Assembly: GCA_019119265.1 (NCBI GenBank)
Contig: DWXI01000173.1
Span: 1-63,200 of the forward strand
Direction of reading: 5' to 3'
DNA length: 63,200 bases
DNA from: Candidatus Mediterraneibacter intestinigallinarum
GTDB taxonomy: Bacteria > Bacillota > Clostridia > Lachnospirales > Lachnospiraceae
Below the pieces are notes generated by a model. It saw nothing but the letters and a program-made list of their open reading frames with translations. It ran no database searches and was not told the origin of the DNA. How positions within the stretch are numbered: the stretch's first letter is position 1; each line of letters starts with the position of its first letter. Position numbers and translations under genes: made by a program. This document shows positions 49,581-60,250 of the stretch, in pieces.

Positions 49581-50201
49581 TTAATGTTTAGATATATACT
49601 CCCATGCTTCGGGATCGAACTCTCTATCCTTATAATAATATTTCTTATCCTCTTCCGTGATCTGTCGGATCACCCTGCACGGATTCCCTACAGCCACAAC
49701 CCAGTCGGGAATATCTTTTGTCACCACGCTCCCCGCGCCGATTACTGTATTGCTTCCAATGTGTACGCCCGGCATGATGACGGTGTTGCCACCGATCCAG
49801 ACATTATCACCGATAGTTACGCTGATGCCATACTCATACATGGAGTTGCGGGAAACAGGATGGAGAGGATGTCCTGCCGTATAGATGGATACATTTGGAG
49901 CCATCTGGCAATTGTCGCCGATCTTTACCTTCGCCACATCGATGATCGTGCAGTTATAGTTTGCAAAGAAGTTTTTCCCTACTTCGATATGGGAGCCGTA
50001 ATCACAATAGAATGGTGGATTGACGAAGGCGCCGTCTGATTTCCCAAGGAGCTCTTTAACGATTCTCCCAATCTCGTCAAAATCAGAGCGGTCCACTGTG
50101 TTCAGGCGCTGCAGAACCCTGCGGCATACTTTCTGTTCCTCCATTACGGACTCGTCGGAGATATAAGCCATCTCCCGGTCTCTTCTTTCAATATTATCCA
50201 T
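49581..50201 (-). CDS. Maltose/galactoside O-acetyltransferase
   Basis: PPFYCDYG, hexapeptide repeats IGDNVWIGG, IGAGSVVTKDIP, GNPCRV. Confidence 0.93.
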   Translation of the reverse strand: MDNIERRDREMAYISDESVMEEQKVCRRVLQRLNTVDRSDFDEIGRIVKELLGKSDGAFVNPPFYCDYGSHIEVGKNFFANYNCTIIDVAKVKIGDNCQMAPNVSIYTAGHPLHPVSRNSMYEYGISVTIGDNVWIGGNTVIMPGVHIGSNTVIGAGSVVTKDIPDWVVAVGNPCRVIRQITEEDKKYYYKDREFDPEAWEYISKH

Positions 50202-50216
50202 TTTTTCCTCCTTTTT

Positions 50217-50263
50217 GGATATGGGGACGTAGTAAAATCGAGTTTTACTACGTCCCCATATCC
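50217..50263. repeat. REP-like palindrome, copy 3
   Basis: GGATATGGGGACGTAGTAAAA / TTTTACTACGTCCCCATATCC. Confidence 0.85.
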
Positions 50264-50271
50264 GTTTTCGG

Positions 50272-52296
50272 TTATTTTAATACACGGCAATTCTTCTTCA
50301 TATCATAATCTTTATGTATTCCGTCATCGTCATAAAGCACATATTCGGCACCTTTATAACCAATCAATCGGATTGTTTCCATATTGATGTCATCTACGTA
50401 TTCTGCCGCATCAGCTATCGGAACGCATTTGCCGGAGCGAATGAACAGCGGCACCTCGTTGAGAGCGATGTCCACGTAGTGGACGCCTTTTCCTAGAACC
50501 TCTTCGGAGATGCTTCCGTCGGGCAGAAATTTTATGAATTTCATCTCTTCAGGCAGGTATACGTATCTGCCCTCTCCATTCTGCTCGTACACAGGCGCGA
50601 TCATGATCTCATTGCCAAGCATGAGCTGGTCTTCGATTCGGCGAGCCATCTTGTCGTCCGGGTATACGAAAGCCAGCGGTTTAAAATACATATCATCCGT
50701 TAAGGCTGCTTTCATGTACTCACTGTACAGATAGGGCAGCAGACGGTACCTGACGCCGACTACATGACGGAAGTCCTCCATATTTTCAAACTGATAGCAC
50801 TCCTGTTCCCGTGTGCCCAGAGCGGTGTGATTCCTCATAAGAGGCGTGAATACGCCCAGTGCGAGGAAGCGGAGCAGCAGGTCTCTTGTCGTGTCAGCGC
50901 CGAAGCCCCCAAGATCAGCTCCCGTATAGAGGAATCCGCACATATTAAGCGACGGCATCATTTTCAGATTGAGCAGGATATGTGACCACCAGGATTTGTT
51001 GTCTCCTGTCCAGATGCCGCCGTAGCGATGCATTCCGACATAAGAAGAACGGGAGAACATCAGGAAACGCCTGTCGGGATCGATGCGCTCAAACGCCTCT
51101 CCTGCGGCTCTTGTTATGTTGAATCCGAACAGGTTGTGTACTTTGTCGTGACGTACCATCTGTCCGTTTACGTTATGATAGAATCTTTTATAATCATCCT
51201 GACTGTTAGCGAGACTTCCCAGTTTGTCGCCGAGCTGCCATACACCGATGTCTTCTTTGGCTTCCCTGTCTTTTTCACTCCCATCCCAGTTGCTCGTTCC
51301 GGTCTCAGCGAATTTCCGCGCCATATCTTTTGCTTCTTCAAGCCCTTCTTTTGAGTAGAAGATAGCAGGTTCGTTCATATCGTTCCAGAAACCTTCGATG
51401 CCTTGATCCGTGAGAAAACGATACTTATCTCCGAACCATTTCCGTGCCTCGGGATTCAGAACATCCGGAAAATGAGTATCTCCAGGCCAGACTGCCGCTA
51501 CAAAATCGCTTCCGTCTTCTCTCTGGCAGAAGTAGCGGTTTTTTACGCCTTCTTCGTAGACGCTATATCCGTCCTCAATCTTTACGCCCGCGTCAATGAT
51601 CGGGATCAGACGGATGTGACGGTCTTTCATTTCCCGGACAAATGCAGGAAAATCCTTGAAATCATCGTTTACGGTAAAGTCTTTGTAGGAATCCATGTAA
51701 TCAATGTCCATATAGATCATATCCAGCGGAATGTGATTCTCGCGGTAGCCCTGCGCAACCTTTTCGAAATCTTCCTTTGTCTTGTATCCCCAGCGGCTCT
51801 GCCCGAAGCCAAATGCGAATTTGGGCGGGATATAGCTCTGCCCGATCATGGTGCGGAACTGTTTTACGATATCATAAGGAGTATCCCCGTCGATGACGTA
51901 CAGCGTAAGGTCCGCGTTTTCGCAGGCAACATTCAGTGTGTCCATGCGTGTATAGCCGATGTCAAATGTGATCTTGGACGGATAGTCAAAGAACAGTCCG
52001 AAGCTTTTCTCTCCGGCGATGATAATAAAATTGTGGGCGCCGTACAGGGAACGCTTATCTTCCGTGTGGTTCGGGTCATCGGAGCAGTCGCTGATATAGC
52101 AGTAGCCACGTTTGTTGATGCCGCGGTTTGCCTCGCCCAGACCGTAGACGATATCATCGTCATCCATGATATAAGTAAAAGAAAAGCCGTCCTGTGTGTC
52201 GATGACGCCGTATGCAGGCGCGCTGTCCGCCTGCGCGATGTCGGCCATGACAGCTTCTGTCTCAAAAGGTGTTCCGTAAATGTGTTTGCGAATCAT
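50272..52296 (-). CDS. GH31 alpha-glucosidase
   Basis: YGLGE, QSRWGY, DIDYM, nucleophile WNDMNEP, WTGDN, GADLGGF. Confidence 0.94.
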   Translation of the reverse strand: MIRKHIYGTPFETEAVMADIAQADSAPAYGVIDTQDGFSFTYIMDDDDIVYGLGEANRGINKRGYCYISDCSDDPNHTEDKRSLYGAHNFIIIAGEKSFGLFFDYPSKITFDIGYTRMDTLNVACENADLTLYVIDGDTPYDIVKQFRTMIGQSYIPPKFAFGFGQSRWGYKTKEDFEKVAQGYRENHIPLDMIYMDIDYMDSYKDFTVNDDFKDFPAFVREMKDRHIRLIPIIDAGVKIEDGYSVYEEGVKNRYFCQREDGSDFVAAVWPGDTHFPDVLNPEARKWFGDKYRFLTDQGIEGFWNDMNEPAIFYSKEGLEEAKDMARKFAETGTSNWDGSEKDREAKEDIGVWQLGDKLGSLANSQDDYKRFYHNVNGQMVRHDKVHNLFGFNITRAAGEAFERIDPDRRFLMFSRSSYVGMHRYGGIWTGDNKSWWSHILLNLKMMPSLNMCGFLYTGADLGGFGADTTRDLLLRFLALGVFTPLMRNHTALGTREQECYQFENMEDFRHVVGVRYRLLPYLYSEYMKAALTDDMYFKPLAFVYPDDKMARRIEDQLMLGNEIMIAPVYEQNGEGRYVYLPEEMKFIKFLPDGSISEEVLGKGVHYVDIALNEVPLFIRSGKCVPIADAAEYVDDINMETIRLIGYKGAEYVLYDDDGIHKDYDMKKNCRVLK

Positions 52297-52313
52297 GTCA
52301 TTTCCTCCTTTTC

Positions 52314-52472
52314 GTAACAGTTCAGCCCGCGCCATTCGCAAAACCGCATGCGTGCTACTGCGGATGCCGCCGCTGTTTTGCTCATATACCGGCGCTCAGC
52401 TCATCTGATTATCAGGAACCGGATTCTTATGCAAGCTTCCGTCTCCTGGTAATCAGATGGCTGAACTGTTAT
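52314..52472. repeat. MITE-like hairpin element, copy 2
   Basis: GTAACAGTTCAGCC ... GGCTGAACTGTTA. Shares CATCTGA..CGGATTCTTATGC..TCAGATG with 26572. Confidence 0.75.
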
Positions 52473-52677
52473 TATAAATCTGCATTATTTATATTGTATT
52501 ATAATGCTTTGGACGGGATAAGACTTGCAGTATTCTGCAAAGTTATAACATAAAACTGCTTTTTCGACTATCATTCGGCAACCGCGTCGACTGGTGTTCA
52601 ACTGATATCGACTGAGGTCAACTGTCGTGGCGTATTGACGTACTCTCTTACGTATACTTAAATCTATTTAACTGAAT

Positions 52678-54157
52678 GTGCTCCAGGAATATCCGCGCCC
52701 GTTGCTGAAGCACGGCAGTTATATCAATCTGAACGGATACTGGAACTATGCATTTACAAAAGAATTTAAAAAGCCGGAACAATATGACGGGCAGATCCTT
52801 GTTCCCTTTTCTCCGGAGACTGTGCTCTCCGGCGTATCCCGGCAGCTGAAGCCGGACGAGTATCTCTGATACCGGCGCACATTTAAGCTTGAAAGATGGA
52901 GCGAACGAAAGGCAGGCAGACGTCAGATCCTGCATTTCGGGGCAGTGGATCAGGCGTGTGTCGTATATGTAAACGGGCAGAGGGCTGCGAGACATACGGG
53001 AGGATACCTGCCGTTCGAGGCGGACATTACCGCACTGGTCCGTGATGGCGAGAATGAACTGACCCTTGCGGTAAAAGACTTAAGTGACACTTCCTACCAT
53101 GCCAGAGGCAAACAGCGCCTGGAACGGGGCGGAATGTTCTATACAGCCCAGAGCGGTATCTGGCAGACTGTATGGATGGAAGAAGTGCCGGAGACTTATA
53201 TCGCGAACATTGAGGCCGAGGCTGATCTTGAGAAGAGTGGTGTCAGGATACGTGTATTGGCGGCGGAAAATCCTGGGAGCAGAGTCTGCGCAAATGGGCA
53301 GGCGGTGCACACAGGAACTCCATCAGATGAAGAAGGGGAAGAAAGCAGCCAGACTGGACACCCGATAACGATACAGATCCAGCATCCGGAACTCTATACA
53401 GACAATGCTTCCCCGAAATCGAAAAATCAACCGAACAATCAGCAGATGTGCAGCGTGTCCGGTATTACAGGCGATTGCATCGAAATCCCGGTTCCGGATA
53501 TCAGGCTATGGACATGCGAGACTCCGTATCTTTACTTCCTTACAGTGACTATGGGAGAAGACCGGGCGGAAAGCTATTTCGCTATGAGAAAATTCTCGAT
53601 CGAGGAGGATGAAGATGGAATTCCACGTATCTGTCTGAGCGGGAAAGCGCAGTTCCAGAACGGCGTCCTTGATCAGGGGTACTGGCACTGCGACCGGCTT
53701 GGGCTGGTGGTCTGGCAGGACATGGTAAACGGAGGAGAAGCCTACAGGTACTGGTTTGTGACTTATCTGGCTACGGTGATGTCCTGGCGCGGCATTACGA
53801 TAAAAGATAACCACCCCTGGCTGCTAGCCAGGAGAGACAAGGCAGGAAGAGCTTACCCGGATCGCAGGGAAAGTTTTCAAACTGAAAGTGCGACCTGAGA
53901 AAGAGCGCGCCGCCGTACTCTCAGAGATCGGCGGGCATACTTACAGGGAACCGGGGCACAGCGCCTGTGAAGAACTGTATGGTTATGGCACCTGCAAGGA
54001 TAAGGAAGTCCTTGGAAAAGCGTACCGGGAACTGATGGACAAAGTGCGGGCGCTTATCCCACAAGGACTCTGCGCCAGTGTGTATACCCAGTGGGCGGAC
54101 ATTGAAGAAGAAATCAACGGGGTATATACGTGGGATCGGGAAGTGCGGAAGATCTAG
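52678..54157 (+). pseudogene. GH2 glycoside hydrolase pseudogene
   Basis: EYPRP, NLNG.W, LHFGAVDQ, SGIWQTVW, LDQGYW, SE.GG, YTQ..D.E.E.NG. In-frame TGA at 52867, internal deletions and a frameshift. Confidence 0.88.
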
Positions 54158-54615
54158 CTCGCCAGTGTCCAGATCCAGTAGATAAATCCTAATGCCCAGC
54201 TTGTGAAAATGCCATACAGGATTACGGGACCGGCGATGGTGAAGATCTTGCAGCCGATTCCGAATACCTGCCCTTCCTTCTTATATTCAATAGCAGGGGC
54301 GGCTACAGAGTTGGCGAATCCGGTGATAGGAACGAGTGCTCCCGCGCCGCCCCATTTTGCCAGGCGGGGATAGATGCCTGTTCCGGTGAGAAGCACACTG
54401 ATCAGAACAAGCATCATGGAAGTCCAGCTGCTGCATTCATCGGTGCTCAGTGAACGGAATTCGCAGTAATGATAGATGATCTGCCCAAGTGTGCAGATCG
54501 CACCTCCAAGCAGAAACGCCTTGAGCATATTCAGCCATACATTGTGCCTGGGCGTTTTTTCATTGACATATTTCTCATATTCTTTTTCTTTCTTTAATTT
54601 CTGTATCTTATCCAT
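54154..54615 (-). CDS. spoVAC: Stage V sporulation protein AC
   Basis: KAFL.GG.IC..GQ, GAGALVPITGFANS, E.KKEG.V.GIG.KIF.IAGPVI. Confidence 0.92.
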   Translation of the reverse strand: MDKIQKLKKEKEYEKYVNEKTPRHNVWLNMLKAFLLGGAICTLGQIIYHYCEFRSLSTDECSSWTSMMLVLISVLLTGTGIYPRLAKWGGAGALVPITGFANSVAAPAIEYKKEGQVFGIGCKIFTIAGPVILYGIFTSWALGFIYWIWTLAS

Positions 54616-54670
54616 GGGAATATCTCCTTTACTTCCGGTTTTGCCCGGTGGTTTTATATCTTGTATCACT

Positions 54671-54732
54671 TAGTATTCGGATTTCTCTCCCTGAATATAC
54701 ATTGCATATTTTTCACAGCAGTGCAGATAATA
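54671..54732. promoter_or_regulatory. Back-to-back forespore (SigG/SigF-like) promoters
   Basis: Minus strand GTATA...AATACTA (54700-54671). Plus strand GCATA...GATAATA (54704-54732). Confidence 0.5.
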
Positions 54733-54771
54733 TTGGTATCTCAAGAAAATCACAGAAATGAGGATATCAGC

Positions 54772-55872
54772 ATGAACCGGATAATAAAAGGAAAACAGAG
54801 CCTGCTTTTTGAAAATGCACCTTATATCGTGAGTGCAGCATCTGTGACAGGCAGCAAAGAGGCGGAAGGACCGTTGGGAAAACTCTTTGATATGACAAAT
54901 GAGGACGACCTGTTCGGCGCACAGACATGGGAAGAGGCGGAGAGTACCATGCAGAAAGAAGCCTGCGTGCTTGCTCTTGGAAAAGCACATGTGAAAGCAG
55001 ACGAGATCCGCTATCTTTTCGGCGGAGATCTGTTGCGGCAGGGAATCGCTACATCCATGGGCGTAGAGGCGCTGCAGATTCCCATGTTCGGGCTATATGG
55101 GGCGTGTTCCACCTCAGGCGAGGCGCTGGCCCTTGCGGGAATGAGTGCGGCAGCAGGATACGGAAAATATATGCTGGCGGTCACATCCAGCCATTTTGGG
55201 AGCGCGGAGAAAGAGTTTCGTTTCCCTCTCGGATATGCAAATCAGCGTCCATTGTCCGCTCACTGGACGGTGACTGGAAGCGGAGCATTTCTTGTACGTG
55301 CAGCAGAACCGGACAGTGATTCGAAAAACGGTCAAAGCAGATGTGAAAAAACAGCACTTCCGTCGGAAGACGACATCAGTACCGCTCATATCTCCCATGT
55401 ACGCATCGCAGGAGTTACGATCGGAAAGATTGTTGATTACGGCTTGAAAGATTCTCAGAACATGGGAGCCTGTATGGCGCCTGCTGCTATGGATACGATT
55501 GTGCAGAACTTCGAAGATACAGGGAGAAACGAGCAGGACTACGACCGTATTATTACGGGAGATCTCGGGTATGTGGGCCAGTCTATTCTGTTCGATCTGG
55601 TCAGAGGAAAAGGATATGATATAAGGAAGATACATCTTGACTGCGGAATGACCATATTTGACAGGGAGACCCAGGATACACATGCAGGAGGAAGCGGGTG
55701 CGGATGCGCTGCTGTTACCCTCGCCTCTTTCATTCTCCCTAAGATTGAGAACGGGGAGTGGAAACGGGTCCTTTTCGTTCCTACAGGAGCTTTGATGTCT
55801 ACGGTGAGTTTCAACGAAGGCGCCAGTGTGCCGGGAATTGCACATGGAATTATACTGGAACATTGGACCTGA
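54772..55872 (+). CDS. spoVAD: Stage V sporulation protein AD
   Basis: KE.EGPLG, GGDLL.Q, GLYGACST, SSHF.SAE..FRFP, NMGA.MAPAA, GGSGCGC. Confidence 0.95.
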   Translation: MNRIIKGKQSLLFENAPYIVSAASVTGSKEAEGPLGKLFDMTNEDDLFGAQTWEEAESTMQKEACVLALGKAHVKADEIRYLFGGDLLRQGIATSMGVEALQIPMFGLYGACSTSGEALALAGMSAAAGYGKYMLAVTSSHFGSAEKEFRFPLGYANQRPLSAHWTVTGSGAFLVRAAEPDSDSKNGQSRCEKTALPSEDDISTAHISHVRIAGVTIGKIVDYGLKDSQNMGACMAPAAMDTIVQNFEDTGRNEQDYDRIITGDLGYVGQSILFDLVRGKGYDIRKIHLDCGMTIFDRETQDTHAGGSGCGCAAVTLASFILPKIENGEWKRVLFVPTGALMSTVSFNEGASVPGIAHGIILEHWT

Positions 55873-55914
55873 TAACGAGAAAAATATCGGAATCGGTGAA
55901 AGGAGAGAAATACG

Positions 55915-56271
55915 ATGGAATATATTACTGCATTTGTGATAGGAGGCCTGATCTGTGCTGTTGTACAGATTCTTCTGGACCGTACAAAACTGATGCCGGG
56001 AAGGGTCATGGTTCTTCTTGTATGTACAGGAGCTCTGCTGGGATTCTGCGGCATTTATAAGCCTTTTCAGGAGTTTGCCGGATCCGGTGCAAGCGTTCCT
56101 CTGCTCGGATTTGGAAATACGCTGTGGCAGGGAGTGAAAGAGGCCGTGGATGAAAACGGGTTTATCGGTATCTTTATGGGCGGCTTCAAAGCCAGTGCAG
56201 TCGGGATTTCCGCAGCGCTGATCTTCGGATATATTGCATCTTTTATTTTTGATCCGAAAATGAAGAAGTAA
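55915..56271 (+). CDS. spoVAE: Stage V sporulation protein AE (SpoVAEb-type)
   Basis: AFVIGGLIC...Q.LLD.TKL, FAG.GASVPL.GFGN.L. Confidence 0.92.
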   Translation: MEYITAFVIGGLICAVVQILLDRTKLMPGRVMVLLVCTGALLGFCGIYKPFQEFAGSGASVPLLGFGNTLWQGVKEAVDENGFIGIFMGGFKASAVGISAALIFGYIASFIFDPKMKK

Positions 56272-56373
56272 ATCCAGCGCGTTGTTGCAGATTAAGAGTA
56301 TATTGACAGGTTTTGTTTACTGATGATATGATAATCCACGTATTGTTACCACAGCAAAGGAGGATTATGCGAG

Positions 56374-58212
56374 ATGTGTGGAATCGTTGGATATGTAGGA
56401 GAGGAACAGGCGGCGCCTATTTTATTAGAAGGATTATCAAAACTGGAGTACAGAGGATATGACTCTGCCGGAATTGCAGTTCGGAACGAGCTGTCAGGGG
56501 ATATTTCAGTTGTAAAGGCAAAGGGGCGTCTGAATATTCTGGCGGAAAAGACAGACAACGGAAGGAGTGTACGCGGAACCTGCGGTATCGGTCATACACG
56601 CTGGGCAACCCACGGCGAGCCGTCGGAGAATAATGCCCACCCTCATTGCACAGATGATAAATCTGTTGTCCTTGTACACAACGGAATTATAGAGAATTAT
56701 CAGGAATTAAAAGACAAACTTGTTAAATCGGGATATACGTTTTATTCTCAGACAGATACGGAAATTGCGGTGAAACTGATTGATTATTATTATAAAAAGA
56801 CAGGAACACCACTGGAAGCGCTTACCAGGAGCATGCTCCGTATCAGAGGATCCTACGCATTCGGCGTAATGTTCCATGACTATCCGGGCAGACTTTTTGC
56901 AGCAAGAAAGGACAGCCCGCTTATCATAGGCCAGAATGAGGCGGGAAGTCTGATGGCGTCAGATGTACCGGCGATTCTCGATAAGACAAGAAATGTGTAC
57001 TATATTGATAATCTTGAGATTGCAGAACTGACCAACGATGAAGTACATTTCTATAATATAGACCGGGAAGAGATCCAAAAGGAAATGGTGGAGATCAAAT
57101 GGGATGCGGAATCTGCTGAGAAAGGCGGCTATGAGCATTTCATGCTGAAAGAGATCCATGAACAGCCGAAAGCGGTACAGGATATGATCGGCGCCTATGT
57201 AAAAGACGGAGCTGTGGATTTCTCGGAAGTGGGGATTACAGACGATGATATGAAAAATCTGGAGCGTGTCTATATCGTTGCCTGCGGTTCTGCATATCAT
57301 GTAGGCATGGCAGGCAAATATGTACTGGAAGATCTGGCAGGAATCCCGGTGGAGGTAGATCTTGCATCAGAATTTCGTTATCGCAACCCGATCATTGTGC
57401 CGAACTCCCTGGTGATCATCGTGTCTCAGTCCGGAGAAACGGCGGACAGTCTCGCCGCTTTGCGCCTTGTAAAAGATCGCGGAGTTCCGGTGATGGGGAT
57501 CGTTAATGTAGTCGGATCAAGTATTGCGCGTGAAAGCGACTATATCCTGTATACTTATGCAGGACCCGAGATATCCGTGGCAACGACAAAAGCATACAGT
57601 ACGCAGTTGATCGCCATGTATCTGATCGCAATCCAGACTGCAAAGGTAAAAGGTAAAATTGATGATGAACGTTATGTCGGACTGCTGACAGAGATGGAGA
57701 CTCTGCCGTCTAAAATCCAGAAAACTCTGGACGATAAGGAAAGGATCCAGTGGTTCGCAAGTAAGTATGCAAATGCGAAAGATATTTTCTTCATCGGCAG
57801 AGGGCTTGATTATGCTATCAGCCTGGAGGGAAGTTTGAAAATGAAGGAAATCAGCTATATCCATTCCGAAGCATATGCGGCAGGTGAACTGAAACACGGA
57901 CCGATCAGCCTTGTGGAAAAAGGAATCCTTGTAGTCGGCGTCCTGACTCAGAGCGATCTGTTTGAAAAGACGCTGAGCAATATGGTAGAGGTTAAGAGTC
58001 GTGGCGCTTATCTGATGGGCCTTACTACTTATGGTAACTACAATATAGAAGATACGGCTGATTTTTCGGTATATGTGCCGAAGTCTGAGCCGTATTTCAT
58101 GACAAGTCTTGCTATAGTTCCGCTCCAACTTATGGGATACTATGTGAGCGTGGCGAAGGGCCTGGATGTGGATAAGCCGAGGAATCTGGCGAAATCAGTG
58201 ACAGTAGAATAG
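56374..58212 (+). CDS. glmS: Glutamine--fructose-6-phosphate transaminase
   Basis: MCGIVG, LEYRGYDSAG, GHTRWATHG, SQSGETAD, C-terminal PRNLAKSVTVE. Confidence 0.98.
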   Translation: MCGIVGYVGEEQAAPILLEGLSKLEYRGYDSAGIAVRNELSGDISVVKAKGRLNILAEKTDNGRSVRGTCGIGHTRWATHGEPSENNAHPHCTDDKSVVLVHNGIIENYQELKDKLVKSGYTFYSQTDTEIAVKLIDYYYKKTGTPLEALTRSMLRIRGSYAFGVMFHDYPGRLFAARKDSPLIIGQNEAGSLMASDVPAILDKTRNVYYIDNLEIAELTNDEVHFYNIDREEIQKEMVEIKWDAESAEKGGYEHFMLKEIHEQPKAVQDMIGAYVKDGAVDFSEVGITDDDMKNLERVYIVACGSAYHVGMAGKYVLEDLAGIPVEVDLASEFRYRNPIIVPNSLVIIVSQSGETADSLAALRLVKDRGVPVMGIVNVVGSSIARESDYILYTYAGPEISVATTKAYSTQLIAMYLIAIQTAKVKGKIDDERYVGLLTEMETLPSKIQKTLDDKERIQWFASKYANAKDIFFIGRGLDYAISLEGSLKMKEISYIHSEAYAAGELKHGPISLVEKGILVVGVLTQSDLFEKTLSNMVEVKSRGAYLMGLTTYGNYNIEDTADFSVYVPKSEPYFMTSLAIVPLQLMGYYVSVAKGLDVDKPRNLAKSVTVE

Positions 58213-58216
58213 AGTA

Positions 58217-58233
58217 TTTACAAACATTTAACA
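58217..58233 (+). promoter_or_regulatory. Pho-box-like direct repeat
   Basis: TTTACA-N5-TTAACA. Confidence 0.45.
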
Positions 58234-58345
58234 CAATCCTCCGGGCCGGTTCCTTTTTCATCTGATATAATGATTCTGCATTGATGTCAGAGAAAAAAAG
58301 GAGTGGATTCTGTAGATTATATACAGAAATTTAAAGTGAAATATT

Positions 58346-59236
58346 ATGAAAAACAATATCATGACACAGATTGAATCCGGCTATGCAAATCTGAGGAAAT
58401 CCGAAAAACAGGCTGCCGATTACATATTGGACCATATGGATCAGGCACAGGATCTGCCTCTGGACCGCCTTGCAAAAGCAGCGGGAGTGAGTCAGCCTAC
58501 AGTACTCAGAATGCTGAAAGCCCTTGGATATAAGGGGTATAAGGATTTTCGCTATCATCTGGTTGCGGAGCTGGCCAAGTCAGGAGGAAAAGAAAAAGCA
58601 GACGAACAGCCCCAGCCTATGTATGGCTATACGCTGAACAGGAAAGACAGCCTGAATGAAATACCGGTCAATATTACAATGACCACAGAGCGTATGCTTG
58701 AAGAGACGCTAAAGAATTTTCCGGGGAAGACATATCAGAAAGTCATAGAAGCCCTGAAGAATGCCAGGATGATTGATATTTACGGTGTAGAGAATTCAGA
58801 AGTCACAGCGGTGGATCTTCTGACCAAGCTGCTGTATTTGGGGCTTCCGTGCAGACATTTTACCGACTGTTATCTGCAGCAGATCGCCGCCGGACGCCTG
58901 ACGGATCAGGATGTGGCTGTGGGCATTTCCTATTCCGGGGAATCGAAGGATACGGTGGACGCCATGAGAGCGGCGAAGCGTTCCGGAGCATGTACGATCG
59001 CGATCACGAATTTCAAGGATTCTACGATCGGTAAATATGCGGATATCCTGATCTGTACCAGCCAGGATCAGCATTTCTACGGCAATGCGATCTTCTCCAG
59101 GTCTACACAGATCCTGATCGTGGACATGATCTATATGGGCTTGATCTCATCGGATTATGTACACTATGTGGAACAATTAAATAAATGCGAAAAGGTCGTG
59201 CGTGACAAAGCATATGAACATTACCGGAAGCGGTGA
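58346..59236 (+). CDS. MurR/RpiR-family regulator
   Basis: SEKQAADYIL, VSQPTVLR..K.LGY.GY.DF, SIS domain ISYSGES. Confidence 0.93.
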   Translation: MKNNIMTQIESGYANLRKSEKQAADYILDHMDQAQDLPLDRLAKAAGVSQPTVLRMLKALGYKGYKDFRYHLVAELAKSGGKEKADEQPQPMYGYTLNRKDSLNEIPVNITMTTERMLEETLKNFPGKTYQKVIEALKNARMIDIYGVENSEVTAVDLLTKLLYLGLPCRHFTDCYLQQIAAGRLTDQDVAVGISYSGESKDTVDAMRAAKRSGACTIAITNFKDSTIGKYADILICTSQDQHFYGNAIFSRSTQILIVDMIYMGLISSDYVHYVEQLNKCEKVVRDKAYEHYRKR

Positions 59237-59301
59237 ACAGTCCGGGAACGTCATCGGCAAAGCCGCATGAATGGTAGAAAACCTACATCTTAAAGTATGT
59301 T

Positions 59302-59349
59302 AAGCCTCTGTAAAGTTTACAATTTCTTTACAGAGGCTTGATTTTTTCT
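59302..59349 (+). terminator. Hairpin plus T run, containing a Pho-box-like repeat
   Basis: AAGCCTCTGTAAAG / CTTTACAGAGGCTT. TTTACA-N5-TTTACA at 59316-59332. Confidence 0.55.
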
Positions 59350-59466
59350 TGATAGAAATTCCGGAAACAACACGGGTATAATCTTACGTGCAGGCTGCCG
59401 GACGGAATCCGGAACCTGCAAAACGAAGCTTTGCTGATATATAGTGAAGAAGAGGAGTTAAGTATT

Positions 59467-60237
59467 ATGCTTGAGTTGAAAAATGTAAAAAAGAGTTATG
59501 ACGGCACGCCGGTACTCACCGACATCAGCCTGAATATCGAGGATGGTGAGATTGTTTCTATATTAGGACCATCCGGATGCGGCAAGACAACGCTTCTGAA
59601 CCTGATCCTCGGTATCGTGGATTCGGACGGCGGCCAGATCATCTACAATGGCCAGGACATCACGAATGTTCCTATGGAAAAGAGAGGATTCAACATTGTG
59701 TTCCAGGATTACGCCCTGTTCCCGAACCTGAATGTATACCAGAACATTACATACGGGCTGCGGAATAACCCGGAAATCTCTTCCAGAGAGGAAGTAGAAG
59801 ACCTCATCCGCCTGCTTGGACTTGAAGAGCATTTAAATAAGAGGATCGGACAGCTCTCCGGCGGACAGAAACAGAGAGTCGCGCTTGCGCGGACAATGGT
59901 GATGAAGCCGAAGATCCTTCTTCTCGACGAGCCTTTAAGTGCTCTGGACGGCGTGATCAAAGAGTCCATCAAGGACAGGATCAAGACGATCGCAAGAGAA
60001 TATAACCTTACAACGATCATCGTAACACATGATCCGGAGGAGGCGCTGACGCTTTCCAACCGCGTGATGATCATCAATGAAGGGCAGATCGCCCAGTTCG
60101 GCCGCCCGGAAGAAATCATCAGCAGACCGGAGAACGGATTCGTGAAGAAATTCATCCTGAATCAGCTGGAGATCAAGAAGAACAATATCTTCACCCTGTT
60201 TGCAGGTCAGCTTGCACAACAGGCACAGGTCGGCTGA
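59467..60237 (+). CDS. ABC importer ATP-binding subunit (PotA/FbpC/PhnT-like)
   Basis: GPSGCGKT, VFQDYALFP, LSGGQKQRVALAR, LDEPLSALD. Confidence 0.93.
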   Translation: MLELKNVKKSYDGTPVLTDISLNIEDGEIVSILGPSGCGKTTLLNLILGIVDSDGGQIIYNGQDITNVPMEKRGFNIVFQDYALFPNLNVYQNITYGLRNNPEISSREEVEDLIRLLGLEEHLNKRIGQLSGGQKQRVALARTMVMKPKILLLDEPLSALDGVIKESIKDRIKTIAREYNLTTIIVTHDPEEALTLSNRVMIINEGQIAQFGRPEEIISRPENGFVKKFILNQLEIKKNNIFTLFAGQLAQQAQVG

Positions 60238-60250
60238 AGAGGTGAGCGTT

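Noticed and set aside
56272-56373. glmS ribozyme
   Set aside because: The intergenic region is only about 100 bp, with a promoter (TTGACA 56303, TATGAT 56327) close to the RBS. There is no room and no core motif.
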